NCBI GenBank assembly: GCA_965644495.1
Contig: CBFFSA010000013.1
Location: forward strand, 62,001-126,000
Length of the DNA stretch: 64,000 nucleotides
Source of the DNA: Perkinsela sp. CCAP 1560/9
Lineage: Eukaryota > Protista > Euglenozoa: Kinetoplastea
Direction of reading: 5' to 3'
Positions within the stretch are counted from its first letter, which is position 1. Every line of letters starts with the position of its first letter. Below the pieces are notes generated by a model. It was given only the letters and a program-made list of their open reading frames with translations. It was not told where the DNA came from and searched no databases. Position numbers and translations under genes: made by a program. Positions 44,071 to 55,073 of this stretch are shown in pieces.

Positions 44071-44852
44071 TTTTTTAGGCTCTTCGTTAAACGCGGTGGG
44101 CGTTTTCAACTTAGAAGTCACTCATGCTGCGCGCTTCGCGTTGAAAACTACCACCGCATTTAACGAAGAGCCCAAAAAAAGGAAAATTGGCCAGGGAAGC
44201 GGAAGAAAACGGAAGGATTTGAGCCAAAAATAGCCGATTTTTAGGTAAAAATGGGGTGATTTTTCTGTATTTTTGCTCTCAGAGCACTAAATTCGACATT
44301 AGCGTGTGGGAAATCACTCGTAGGCATGCATTCGAGGCTACAGAACGTATTGGGTAGAGAATGTGACTCCAACCACACCATTCAAAGACCCCTTGGGGTC
44401 CGAAAATTACTTTTTCGCATTTTTTGGTCAAAAATGGGTAATTTTGGGAGGGGTACCACGGCTTCAAGAAGCGACATCTCGCAAAATCAATGGCGTAGAA
44501 AGCTAGAATAGGTCCCAAGCTATGAAAATAAGATAGGGGAAACAATTTTGGAAAATTCCCTTTTCTCACCGTGGCCCAGTTAGCGCACGCCCCGCCGGTA
44601 CCAATTTTGTACCGCGGCGTGCGCTATCTGGGCGTCTGGAAAAATATTTTTTTCAAAAAAAATTCGCGCGGTATGCCCCCCCCATGGACCCCCCAAGGGT
44701 TCGATTTTTTTTTAAAAATTTTGGACCACCGGAGCCCCTTTTATAAGTTTTTCTTCTATTATATTACTGTGTTCCTCTTTATATTTTCACTGTTTTTGTT
44801 CACTTTTTTTCAATAATCGAGGGTAGAGCGGTAGTTATACAACCACCGCAAT
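44071..44852 (+). mobile_element. HINE-like element, full length
   Basis: Palindrome at 44071-44180; terminal hairpin at 44815-44852. Confidence 0.75.
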
Positions 44853-44981
44853 AAGTATCCCTAGGTATAATAACTTTACTTTGCAAAAAAAAGGGTATGC
44901 TGCGAAGAATTCTTTCTTTCTTTCTTTCCCGTTTTTTGTTGCATAAATAAGTGTGTATTGGAAGCGCTGATCTTCTACTTT

Positions 44982-45785
44982 TCACGTAGGATGTTGGACA
45001 TTTAAAAGATCAGAAATTACCAAGATCCAAAAGAATAGTAGAAAATGAAGACACAAAATCAAGTAATATGCTTGTGCAACGCGTGACGTCAATACACTGT
45101 ACCAGAATTTAGGATTTGACATCTGTTCATACAACCCACCAACAGAAAAACTAGGTAGCCATCCAAGCAAAACATTTGCATAATGCACATGACACCAAAC
45201 AGGAAGTGTTAGAAGGCGGGATCTCATAGGACATACATGTACCGGATGCTCTGCCTCTTCCCCGTCACACGAATGAGACAATTGCATTATGCTTTCCTGT
45301 GGATGAGTTACAATGTCAATACGCGTCGAAAACAGTTTTTTGCGTGGCGTCTCATACACTTTGCGGAACATACGCTCACGTTGATGCTTTCTCAAAGTAG
45401 AAGTAAAGCTGCGAAGCCACCAACGTGGTCCTGGAAACCTACAAGGTGCCAAGCTCTGTGATTCAGCCTCGGTAAGAAAAATATTGGCCTCTGCTCGGGA
45501 TATAGAACGTGATGGCGTGATTGCACTCTCACGAGGAAGATCCGGGATTTCGGCCAAATCCTCGGTTGTATGACTCGGTGCCAGCTGCCTATGGTAAAAA
45601 CAACTTTCATCAAAAACAGGAAACACGCGAAGCGGACCCGGTCGGCGAAACGAGTCTTTGTGCATAGTTGGCATAGACAATGTGTAAATTGCATACACAA
45701 GGTAAAAAACGATATATTTTCGCTGGTCAAAGCTGAAGAAAAGTGGTAGTTTCTTCTCTGCTTTTTTTAAAATACAAAGCAACAT
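44982..45785 (-). CDS. Hypothetical protein with a C-terminal hydrophobic helix
   Basis: 267-aa ORF in cluster orientation; YYLILCLHFLLFFWILVI; start uncertain. Confidence 0.5.
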   Translation of the reverse strand: MLLCILKKAEKKLPLFFSFDQRKYIVFYLVYAIYTLSMPTMHKDSFRRPGPLRVFPVFDESCFYHRQLAPSHTTEDLAEIPDLPRESAITPSRSISRAEANIFLTEAESQSLAPCRFPGPRWWLRSFTSTLRKHQRERMFRKVYETPRKKLFSTRIDIVTHPQESIMQLSHSCDGEEAEHPVHVCPMRSRLLTLPVWCHVHYANVLLGWLPSFSVGGLYEQMSNPKFWYSVLTSRVAQAYYLILCLHFLLFFWILVISDLLNVQHPT

Positions 45786-46162
45786 AATCCCCCTGCCAAA
45801 ATGTAGTGTATTTCACCTTGCAAAAATAAGCGAAAGATACTTTTTGTATTAATTAATTGAGTATTGTATTAAATTAATTGAGTGGCGAAAAATAAGATTA
45901 GCAAGTATAATTTACACATACACTTGTTCAGTTACGTATAATGTAGTTCCACTCTCCAGTTGTTTTATTTATTGGACGATGTTTTTCAGCAGGGTTAACA
46001 TCTCAGTTTTTACTACCCCGCCACACTGTGAGACGTATTGATGTATCAAAAGCTTAATCTCTGTATAATGATTCATTTTGCGTTTCGACCTTAGCACAAC
46101 CGCATAGCACACTGGTTTAACTTTAAAAATTAATCAACACATGATATTCATCCATGGATCAC

Positions 46163-46930
46163 TCACGTCCCATTTCTTCTATAACATTCGCTAGGGGAAA
46201 CATGCCATCCGTGATCTGGGGCCAATACCTCGCATGTGTTACCTTTCACGTTGAAACGTTGCAGCGTATTCGGTACGTGACGAAAATCCAACACACCCGT
46301 AAAATGATTCTGGTACAAAAAAAGGGTTTGAATTCCCTCCCTCATTTTCGTAACGTCGACCAAACCTAAAAGAGAATTTTGGTCCAGCGCAAGAGCACTT
46401 AAGGTAGAGGGCAATGAGGAGAGATCGATGTTTCCAGTAAAAAGGTTTCTACCCAGATCAAGCTCAACCAGACCCTCCGGTAACGCACTGAGGTCGAGTG
46501 TTCCGTTCATTCGGTTGGACCTTATGTCCAAGGACTCCAATTTTGGTGGAATATCGTCAAAATTAAGACTACCAGATAGATGATTCCATTCAACACATAT
46601 TTTCGTAGTCCCACGAGGGAACCAAGACAGATCGAAGGAGCACGATAGAGAACAGTCTGTTATGTGAACATCACGTATTGTTTCGGGCAACTCGAACCAC
46701 TCCACATTTAATAGATCTTCGTATTGATACTCTATAGTGCGGACTACGCCATCCTCATCGCAGCCTATTCCTTTCCAATGACGCAATGGACGGGATTCAG
46801 AAATGTCCAGCGTTTTACAATTTTTAGTTCCCAGAAAACGAGAAAGCTGCACCTCAGGTGGTAAAATATGACGCTTTACTTTTGCGGGAACTAATCTCGT
46901 CTGTTCAGGATCTTCGCAAAGTGTTTTCAT
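46163..46930 (-). CDS. Leucine-rich repeat protein
   Basis: PAKVKRHILPPEVQLSRF..WKGIGC cap plus LRRs. Confidence 0.87.
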   Translation of the reverse strand: MKTLCEDPEQTRLVPAKVKRHILPPEVQLSRFLGTKNCKTLDISESRPLRHWKGIGCDEDGVVRTIEYQYEDLLNVEWFELPETIRDVHITDCSLSCSFDLSWFPRGTTKICVEWNHLSGSLNFDDIPPKLESLDIRSNRMNGTLDLSALPEGLVELDLGRNLFTGNIDLSSLPSTLSALALDQNSLLGLVDVTKMREGIQTLFLYQNHFTGVLDFRHVPNTLQRFNVKGNTCEVLAPDHGWHVSPSECYRRNGT

Positions 46931-47576
46931 TATTTAATATGCAGTTCTAATGTATAGTTTTGTTCATGAAATCTTTGCTGCAAGCATCTGGTAGCTCACT
47001 AAATGCTAAAGATGGAAACGCGTAGACACTACTTATTCCCAAAGTCATATCCACAAAAGAAATAGGGGATACTGGTATTACCTCATATTGTACGATACCT
47101 GATGCAAGAAACAAGGGATTCCTATTCACATTAGATTGCATTTATACATTCATTTTCCAATCGTATGCCACTACACCTTATAATATAACTAATAATAGCT
47201 TATAATACTAATAATAGCTTATAATATAGCTATAGCATACATGCACGGCCTTACATTTACATGAACGGTACATGTTTGTAGGAAAAATACGTTCTATGGT
47301 ACACGCGTCTCACTGCGCATCATCAGTGTGAAAGGTACTAACTCCGAGTGTATGCACAAAAAAATGAAAGCAGCAAGGTTAGTTATTTGTTCTTTAACTC
47401 CTTTTTCGACCCAGAATCAATAAGCAACAGTGTCACTTACTAGCAGTTTGTTAGTATTGTGAGAAGGATGTCCTTCAAGATTTAAACGAGCAAATAAAAG
47501 AACCTCCAATAATACCTTACGTATTAATAAACACATAAGAATAAAAGTCGTGTTTTTTCCATGTTCGCTCACCCGT

Positions 47577-48314
47577 TCATTGACCCCCTGCTCTTAGAAC
47601 CTCCCACTCATTTTCCTTTGAATAAAAGCTCACAAGACTGTTCGGACGGTTGCGCATGTCCGCAATCCCGGTAAACCGGTTTGCATTCATCAACAACACC
47701 CGAATGCCCTCCTGAAGCGCCGTGAGGTCCACCCCCCCCTCCAGCTGGTTGTTCGAGAGATCGAGTTTCAGCAAGGATCCCGGAAGCGTGCGCAAATCCA
47801 CGCCCCCGGAAAACGCATTCCCACTCAGCGATAGGATCTCTAAATGCTGCGGCAGCGCGGTGAGATCGAGGGTCCCGGAAAATGCGTTGTTTCGCAAATC
47901 CCAGTGACGGATCTCTGCGGGAAGGTTTTCCAGTGCCAGCGGACCGCTGAGGTGGTTGTCCCGTCCCGAGACATAACGCAGGGAATTGGGCAACACCTCG
48001 GTCGCGAGTGTGCCATGGAGAGCGTTATCCTTGAAATGGAGCCGGGTAAGCCCCATGGGGGTGTGTTCCCACAACAACGACCCCTCGTAGCTCCCGTCCG
48101 GGATGTACTCCTGGCCACTCCACTTGAGTTCGGTGATGTGGCCGGAGTCGTCGCAGTGGACGCCGAACCACTCACAGCCCGGGGTGGCCTCAGTCCACGT
48201 GGAGTCGGGATTGATAATTTGAGCAGTGAATCGCGCGAGTTGGTGTTCGAGGGGGAGGTTGTGGAAATCCACACGGGCCCGACGGACGTTGGAGTGATCC
48301 GCGGCCCGTATCAT
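47577..48314 (-). CDS. Leucine-rich repeat protein
   Basis: RRARV..LPLEHQLARF..NPDSTW..PGCEWFGVHC cap plus LRRs. Confidence 0.88.
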   Translation of the reverse strand: MIRAADHSNVRRARVDFHNLPLEHQLARFTAQIINPDSTWTEATPGCEWFGVHCDDSGHITELKWSGQEYIPDGSYEGSLLWEHTPMGLTRLHFKDNALHGTLATEVLPNSLRYVSGRDNHLSGPLALENLPAEIRHWDLRNNAFSGTLDLTALPQHLEILSLSGNAFSGGVDLRTLPGSLLKLDLSNNQLEGGVDLTALQEGIRVLLMNANRFTGIADMRNRPNSLVSFYSKENEWEVLRAGGQ

Positions 48315-49243
48315 TGTAGTTTTTGAACGAGGAAAATACGAAATTGATTCAGTGATGTTAGGTGAGCTGGGTACATCTACACTGTCTACTATGTGCTCTA
48401 ATAGGAGTAATTTTGGACAAATAGTCATATAATGTATGAAGAGGGTGTGTGCTTTTCAAAGGCATTCACAAAAGCAGCTTTGTACATGATAAAAAATCGA
48501 CACCACCTTGCGGCTATACTCCCCCCTATCCTAGCGTTGCCCCGGTACGCCCCTATTAGCGTTGCTTTTGAAGATGAATCCTGCCGCGAAGCAGCAGATA
48601 TTTTTTCCCATTCAATTTTCCCCGAAATTATTTTCATCGATTTGCTAATCCCATGTTAATGTCCACATAGCTATAAGTCTAGTAGCTATAAGTCTCATTA
48701 AGTTAAGATCTTCGAATTAGTCACTGTTTTCTTGGCTGCGCTCCTTGAAGTATACCAACACAAGGTTTATCCTCTTCCTCCGATTATCGTATTTTCCTCC
48801 CAGGCTTCATCTCGTGAATCTTCAAGGATTCTATAAGAAGTCAGCAGCACTGTGAATTCCATGGAAAATTTCTGTTACGTCACTATATCTGAATCGGGGT
48901 GGATGAATAAGCAGACTTTTTCTGAACCCTGTGCGACAAAGTCGTGGAAATACATAAAATTTGTGATCAAAAAGGGGTCGAGATAGGCGGACTGCAACTT
49001 TTTAAACCTCCAAAAAGCTACAGCCTTCCTTTCTATTTGTTTTGTCAACATGATTTGACGAAAAAGCACGTTCTTTTGACCCAAAGGATGCGAAGAAATC
49101 TCCATAAAAATGCAATACTCTTCAGCAGGGGAACGAAATCTCTCGTTTGCAACAAAAGTGAGCAAAAACTAAATACAACAAAATACCTAGAAAGGGCAGA
49201 CTACTAAGAAGGAATGTTGAAACATACCACTAGCTTCCTCCGT

Positions 49244-50188
49244 TTACTTTTTTACAAACGGATTATTGCAACGGATTACATGCAAATTTAGAATATCCAA
49301 TTCCGGTTCCTCTAGAAACATTTCAAAGTCCGCGACGTACAAAATCTCATCGTGGTCGCCAATTCCACACTTTTTGCTGTAAACGTACGGCTTCTCGTCT
49401 TTGTCCTGCGTTACGCCATTAGCAGCCGGAGTAAGAGCTCCACGAATGGTACAATTCAGATTACCAGCTTGTGCTCCCTGAAGGATACGCTGAATAAGAT
49501 CTAACCCTGAAACAGATGTTCGTTCGTCTGTTATGTAAGTGTGTTTTTGTGCTGGAAGTAAAAACAGATCATCTGTGTTTTGGGCTAAGCAAGCTGCATT
49601 ATTTTCTAGAGCATTTTGTGGACAAAACTGGTAAGGCTGAATGCCACACGTCGTCGTAGACTGTGAAACCATTTCATTGGGAATTGACCAAAATAAGAAC
49701 CCGGGCGTAGAACACAGTCGATACGCCGATGCATGAATATTGGCTCCTTCTGCTTCTCCACTTGCGGAGTATACGCCAATAATTCGTAGGCCACGTAAGA
49801 GAGAGGCAGATGTGTGATAACTTGCGCTCGGTTGAGAATTCGTCTTTATCTTGCTACTCACCTCCTCACGTATTCCATGTCGTATATTTTGTAGATCGTC
49901 GTCCAAAGCCATGCGGAGTGCTTCGGTCACAACCTCAACCCCCGTGTCAGCAATATGAGTAAATTCAGGATGTGAATGTGTCAAAGGAATCGCGTACGTA
50001 ACCTCTGTGATAGCTTCGTTACCTTCAAAACCGAGTGGCTCTTCACTTTTGTTGGGAGAATCTCGCGGGAGCAGAACATTCGAATTCTTTTCTTTTCCCA
50101 GTAGCAGCCCAACTATGGTTTGAGAAGGATGCTGTATGGCATGTAGCAGTGCGGTCGCGTACGCCTCAGGGTGAACTTCGAAACGCAT
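49244..50188 (-). CDS. ER membrane protein complex subunit 8/9 (UPF0172, MPN-like)
   Basis: AYATALLHAIQHPSQTIVGLLLG, AIPLTH, IIGVY, ADFE.FLE..LDILN. Confidence 0.8.
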   Translation of the reverse strand: MRFEVHPEAYATALLHAIQHPSQTIVGLLLGKEKNSNVLLPRDSPNKSEEPLGFEGNEAITEVTYAIPLTHSHPEFTHIADTGVEVVTEALRMALDDDLQNIRHGIREEVSSKIKTNSQPSASYHTSASLLRGLRIIGVYSASGEAEGANIHASAYRLCSTPGFLFWSIPNEMVSQSTTTCGIQPYQFCPQNALENNAACLAQNTDDLFLLPAQKHTYITDERTSVSGLDLIQRILQGAQAGNLNCTIRGALTPAANGVTQDKDEKPYVYSKKCGIGDHDEILYVADFEMFLEEPELDILNLHVIRCNNPFVKK

Positions 50189-50476
50189 CAGCCAAAGAGT
50201 TCGATTTCAAAGCAGTTCCGAGAATTCATCCGCATATCAAATAATAAATAAAGTTTCACTTAATTTTGGAAGGTGGAAAACGATCAACACTGATGCGGAG
50301 CAAGCGTATTTTTTAAAAAGTAAATTTTACTGACACTTATAACTTAATTAATTAAACACATCGTATATTTGAACATGAGGTAGACTTAGCATAGAAAAAC
50401 CAAAGTCCAAAACATTCCCTACACAACGCGATTCCATACTGTCGAACAAGAAACGTCATCACATGGGCCCTTGGGA

Positions 50477-53400
50477 CTACTTCGCCCTCCTGAAACATTG
50501 AGACTCTACCTCGCGACCCATCTGGTTTTCCGACTCATCCCATATTAACACGTCGCGCATCCTATCTTCCAAGTCGCTGTCACATGAAATCACTTCGACT
50601 GCGCCATCTTTGTATACATCTCCTTGTTTCCGGTTCAGGTAATAAGATTTGAGTCGTAAGGGTAGCCTAGTGAAAGGTACCTCCATGCACATCATCAACT
50701 CATGCCGGGAAATGTTGATCAGTTTCTCAACCATTGGCAGTGTGATTTCATCACTCCGAAAAAATCCTGATCGAAGTAAGTCAAAAAGCAATCGCACAAC
50801 TCTTTTGTCGTAAAAGAACTTGTAATCTCTTGAAAATAAAGTTCCGCGTGATCCAAGATGAGTGGTGACATTCTCACAAAGTTCCTCAACATTTTTTCTA
50901 GACGGACCCATTGTTGCAAGAAGAGAATCTTGGTCTGATGATGCGCTCGAGGAGCCTGCAACGTACGTCATGCAGAAATATAGCGGGTCTTGAATCGCTT
51001 CCAGATCTAAGGTTAATGCGTGACATAGAGTAAACAACCCATCCCCCGATTCATAAATGGAGTGACCTTCATGCGAAAAGCATTGACCTTGAACATGTTG
51101 GAGAACCTGGACAGCCGAAAATTGATTTTCAGGAGATACTTCTTGTGCCTTATTCGCTGTGGAATGGCCAGAGTCCTGGTTTTCATTCAGATGATCGAGA
51201 AATTCCTTAATAAGAGACCCATTCCGTTTTTCTTTAGCACGTCTCCTGGCGACGTTCTTTTTTCTGAATTTTAATGGAACATGCTCGTGTGCTATGGAAA
51301 ACAAATCGGACCCCAAAGTGGACTTTGAGGAATCATCCACGACGCACGACGTGTTGTTTCTAGGGGAAGGACCATCTGTGGAAACAGAAGATCTACTTGG
51401 ATCGACAAGGTTGACTTCCCGTATTAGCTGCTGTTTCCGGTATCCGTTCTTCAATTCATCCTTCTCAGCTTCCCCTCTTCGGGGGAGTGGGACTGGAAAA
51501 GAAATCGCAGCGCGGATGTCGCTCTCGTACTCAGATATACTCCAGAACAGGTGTAGTGGTAGCATTTCATGCATGAGGGATCGTCTACGTTGTCGGAGTC
51601 TAGGGAAAATGTTTGTAAGCCTTGACGCAGCTTTTTCAAGAAACTCTCGATGCAGAGCATCAATACAGTTGTAGACCACATTGCGTGTGGTCCAGTAGTT
51701 TCGTCCCAAAAGAATGCGTAGTAGATTACGATACAATGTAGAAGTAATGCGTACAGCAGGATGGCCCAGTGTACAGTCAGCAAAAGCTGCTACGGAACGC
51801 AAGATAACAGGATTGCCCAAATGATGGTTAAGAAATGCACGGTCACAGCACGTGCCGCTTGACATTCTATTAGCACGACATTCACTTGAAAGAGATGTCA
51901 CGCAGCTGCATGTAGAGGAATGATATACTAAACTTCGCGTACTGTACACCTGGAGAAGTGAAGCTAGCGCAGCAACTCGTTTCCTCCATAGCGCAAAAGA
52001 AAAGATCCAAGTAAAATCATTACCTGGACTTTGGCACGAGAAACTCCTTTCAGTGTCTAGAATACATCTCAACAAAGGATTTGGGAATTTCTCAAAATGC
52101 CCACGAGTGACGCTGTCAGAAATGGCGCTTAAAAAATGGCGCTCATGCGAACGTTCATGTTCAAACATTGCGCTGTGCTCTACGGGGCTGTTTTCACATT
52201 GTAATTCTCGAGCCCTATCCTCCTCTAACGGGCAAATCCGAAACGTAAAATCAACATGCTCCCGTCGCCGCCCCAATACATGAACACTCCTATGATACTC
52301 CCTTCGATCCACCAAACTACACCTTCGATTCTCACCGACGGCATAATACCCCCGGAACACATACAAAATCTCCGGACGTAATCTCTCCACCACCCTCTCC
52401 ATCTCCCCCACCACACCTTCCTCACACCTCCACACCCCTTCCTTCTTCTTCTTCTTCTTCCCCTCCTCCTCCATCGTTACCCCCCCATCTCCCTCCCCGG
52501 TTCCCCCCTCCACTACCGTACACACGGTAGTACCCTCACCACCCCCGTTACACCCCACAGGGGTACTCCCCCCCTTCTCCCCCCCCCTGCACCCCCCCTC
52601 TCCCCTCCCCCGCGCCCCAAACAGCCCCACGTAGTAGCGCACCACGTTCCGGGCGGGGGTACGGCCCCCGGCCGCGAGACGCCGCAGCTCCGGGTCCCCT
52701 CCCCCGACCCGCCGCCACAGCACGGCACACACCAGTGCCCGGCGCAGCGTGGAGGTACGGGGGAGACGCAGCCAGGGGAGGGCGGAGTACGGGGCCGGGA
52801 GCCACCGGGTAACGACAGCCCGTCGTGGAGCCCCGCGGGGAGTCGTAGTCGTAGTACTACTACGGCTACTCCTACTCCTACTACGGGTCGTATTCCGATG
52901 GGGTGGTTTACGACGTGTACTTGTGAGGGGCTGACCCTTTGTACTCGTTTTCGTACTTGGAGTACTTGGAGTACATGTACTTGTGTGGGGCTGACGCTTT
53001 GTACTCGTTTTCGTACTTGGAGTACTTGTACTTGTGTATTGGTTACTCGTGCGAGTACATGTGAGTGGGTTACTCGCACGAGTACGCGTGTGTGATTCGC
53101 GCGTAGGACTCGGATGTTGTTTTCTGTTATTTGTACTCGTGAGTTGTTGAGTAGGCGCACTTGTGCGTTGTTGCGTACGCGTACTTGTGAGTTCTTTACT
53201 AAATTTATTTGGTGGACTATTGTGGGGTTTACTACTACTTGTAGGCGTATGGTGTGGTTTACTCGTAAGGAGGGGAGTAGTGGGAGTGGTAGTAGGAATG
53301 GATGAGGAGCCGTGTGATGGGGGTGGGGAGGGGGAGGGGGTAGGGGAGGAGGGAGGGGAGATGTGGGGGTTTGTTTCTTTTGGATGGGGAGATGTGCTTT

Positions 53401-53917
53401 GTAGTGTGGAGGCAGAGGAGGGGGGAGAAGAGAAACGTTTGTCCGAAGGTTTCGGTGATTCCGTACTATCTTCACATGCGATGTCCGTGGAAGAGCTGTC
53501 GTTGGAGAAGGAGGAGGCAAGAAAATCACGACTGGTGGCGTCGCTGAAGGTTTCGGGATTGGAATTGGTAAAATAGTCCAGTGTGAGTTCGTGGGATTTT
53601 CCGCTGATTAAACTGTCGGTATGGTGAGTGACGACCTCGTGATCATGGGGATCGCTAGGATTTCGTTCGCGTTGGTATGTTGGTGAGGAAAGAGGGGAAG
53701 ATAATTCCTCCGACGTTTGCACAGGATAATGATTAGAACGTAAGGCTTGAGATAACAGAGAGGTTATGTCATGAGACAGTGGTATGATAAACTCGGGAAA
53801 TAGCGTACGCTCACAAACGTCTCGAACAAGTGACATGAATTCCACTCGTAAGGACTCATCTTGTTGTGACGCCGTAGTCTTGGCGCTGAAGAGATGGGTC
53901 AATCGAGAGTTCTGCAT
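50477..53917 (-). CDS. Large hypothetical protein with S/T/P-rich and G/E-rich low-complexity regions
   Basis: 1146-aa ORF in cluster orientation; no recognised domain. Confidence 0.7.
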   Translation of the reverse strand: MQNSRLTHLFSAKTTASQQDESLRVEFMSLVRDVCERTLFPEFIIPLSHDITSLLSQALRSNHYPVQTSEELSSPLSSPTYQRERNPSDPHDHEVVTHHTDSLISGKSHELTLDYFTNSNPETFSDATSRDFLASSFSNDSSSTDIACEDSTESPKPSDKRFSSPPSSASTLQSTSPHPKETNPHISPPSSPTPSPSPPPSHGSSSIPTTTPTTPLLTSKPHHTPTSSSKPHNSPPNKFSKELTSTRTQQRTSAPTQQLTSTNNRKQHPSPTRESHTRTRASNPLTCTRTSNQYTSTSTPSTKTSTKRQPHTSTCTPSTPSTKTSTKGQPLTSTRRKPPHRNTTRSRSRSSRSSTTTTTPRGAPRRAVVTRWLPAPYSALPWLRLPRTSTLRRALVCAVLWRRVGGGDPELRRLAAGGRTPARNVVRYYVGLFGARGRGEGGCRGGEKGGSTPVGCNGGGEGTTVCTVVEGGTGEGDGGVTMEEEGKKKKKKEGVWRCEEGVVGEMERVVERLRPEILYVFRGYYAVGENRRCSLVDRREYHRSVHVLGRRREHVDFTFRICPLEEDRARELQCENSPVEHSAMFEHERSHERHFLSAISDSVTRGHFEKFPNPLLRCILDTERSFSCQSPGNDFTWIFSFALWRKRVAALASLLQVYSTRSLVYHSSTCSCVTSLSSECRANRMSSGTCCDRAFLNHHLGNPVILRSVAAFADCTLGHPAVRITSTLYRNLLRILLGRNYWTTRNVVYNCIDALHREFLEKAASRLTNIFPRLRQRRRSLMHEMLPLHLFWSISEYESDIRAAISFPVPLPRRGEAEKDELKNGYRKQQLIREVNLVDPSRSSVSTDGPSPRNNTSCVVDDSSKSTLGSDLFSIAHEHVPLKFRKKNVARRRAKEKRNGSLIKEFLDHLNENQDSGHSTANKAQEVSPENQFSAVQVLQHVQGQCFSHEGHSIYESGDGLFTLCHALTLDLEAIQDPLYFCMTYVAGSSSASSDQDSLLATMGPSRKNVEELCENVTTHLGSRGTLFSRDYKFFYDKRVVRLLFDLLRSGFFRSDEITLPMVEKLINISRHELMMCMEVPFTRLPLRLKSYYLNRKQGDVYKDGAVEVISCDSDLEDRMRDVLIWDESENQMGREVESQCFRRAK

Positions 53918-54129
53918 TTACGGGTACTTGTACCGCGCGCAACCAAGTATGCTGCAAAATATTACAAAAAACTACACGCCAGAGCATGGAAACAACGCAT
54001 ATCTTGCACAAGCAGCAGACAGGTCAACATGTTAGGTATCGGAGTTACGAAAAATATGATTTTCGTATTTTAATATTACCAATCTTACATTGCAGAGCCC
54101 TTTTCAATTTAGCATAATCAATACCACTC

Positions 54130-54196
54130 GGTGGTTGTATAACTACCGCTCTACCCTCGTTTATTGAAAAAAAAGTGAATAAAAAAAAGAGGAACA
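54130..54196 (-). mobile_element. Solo HINE terminal segment
   Basis: CGGTGGTTGTATAACTACCGCTCTACCCTCG plus A-rich tract. Confidence 0.7.
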
Positions 54197-54427
54197 TGTT
54201 ATTGTGCCTCCACCCCGGGTTAAACAAATCCGGAAAAACAGCCCTATGAGTGGGGGGCATAGTACCCCACATAGTACCCCGCGGTACTATGTGGGGGTCA
54301 CAATAATAATACTAAATGTTGTTTTGTTTATACTGCTGCAATCGACTCTTATTGAATAGCAGGGAAGAAGGGAACAGTAGTAATTTTTGGCCATATTTTT
54401 GGCTTAAACTCTAGGTTTATAACCGTG

Positions 54428-55058
54428 TCATGTCATCTGAATGCGTGTCATTAGAAGGCTAATCGTTATCAATGAAGCAGGCAGATCGTCTGCACGGATC
54501 ATTCCTGATATATCATTACCTTGTAAGTAAAGTCGCTCAATATTGGGAGGCAATACGCCAAATTGTTTGAAATGCGTTACTAGTAAAAACTTGAAATGCG
54601 TTGTATGCGACCGTAAGGTACAACAAAGATTGTGGCAAGTGCCCCAGATCAAGAGAACCAGAAAACTTATTATGGTCAAGATAGGCATATTCTAATACAG
54701 ATGGAAAATAGTTAAATTCAAGCTCCCCAGAAAGCTCGTTGTCCAAGCGAACGTATCTTCCCAAATCAATTATAGTAAGAGATGGCGGAAGAAATCGCCA
54801 TAAAAGGTTCCCTTTCAATCTGAGTCCCGCCCACTGAAGTCTTTCTACTCGATTTTGAAAGCACACTACGCCAAACCACGAACATCCCGGGGTTTGCGTG
54901 CTCCAAGAATATGGGGGATTTGAAATGTTGTCTATAAACTGAGAGAATTCGTATTCTACTGGTAATATGGTTCCACGAATTCGCCTTGCCGAAACGGAGC
55001 TCAAACTTCCCACCTCTGAACAATGACACTCATACATTTTATTGTAGATAAAACCCAT
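54428..55058 (-). pseudogene. LRR gene with a frameshift near 54580
   Basis: LRR register switches from ORF 54537-55058 to ORF 54428-54688 (LPPNIERLYLQGNDISG). Confidence 0.75.
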
Positions 55059-55073
55059 CTTACAAATGAAATA

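Noticed and set aside
48430-49200. Possible DDE_1 transposase relic (SESGWMNKQTF)
   Set aside because: Only one short motif is present and the rest is unrecognisable by eye.
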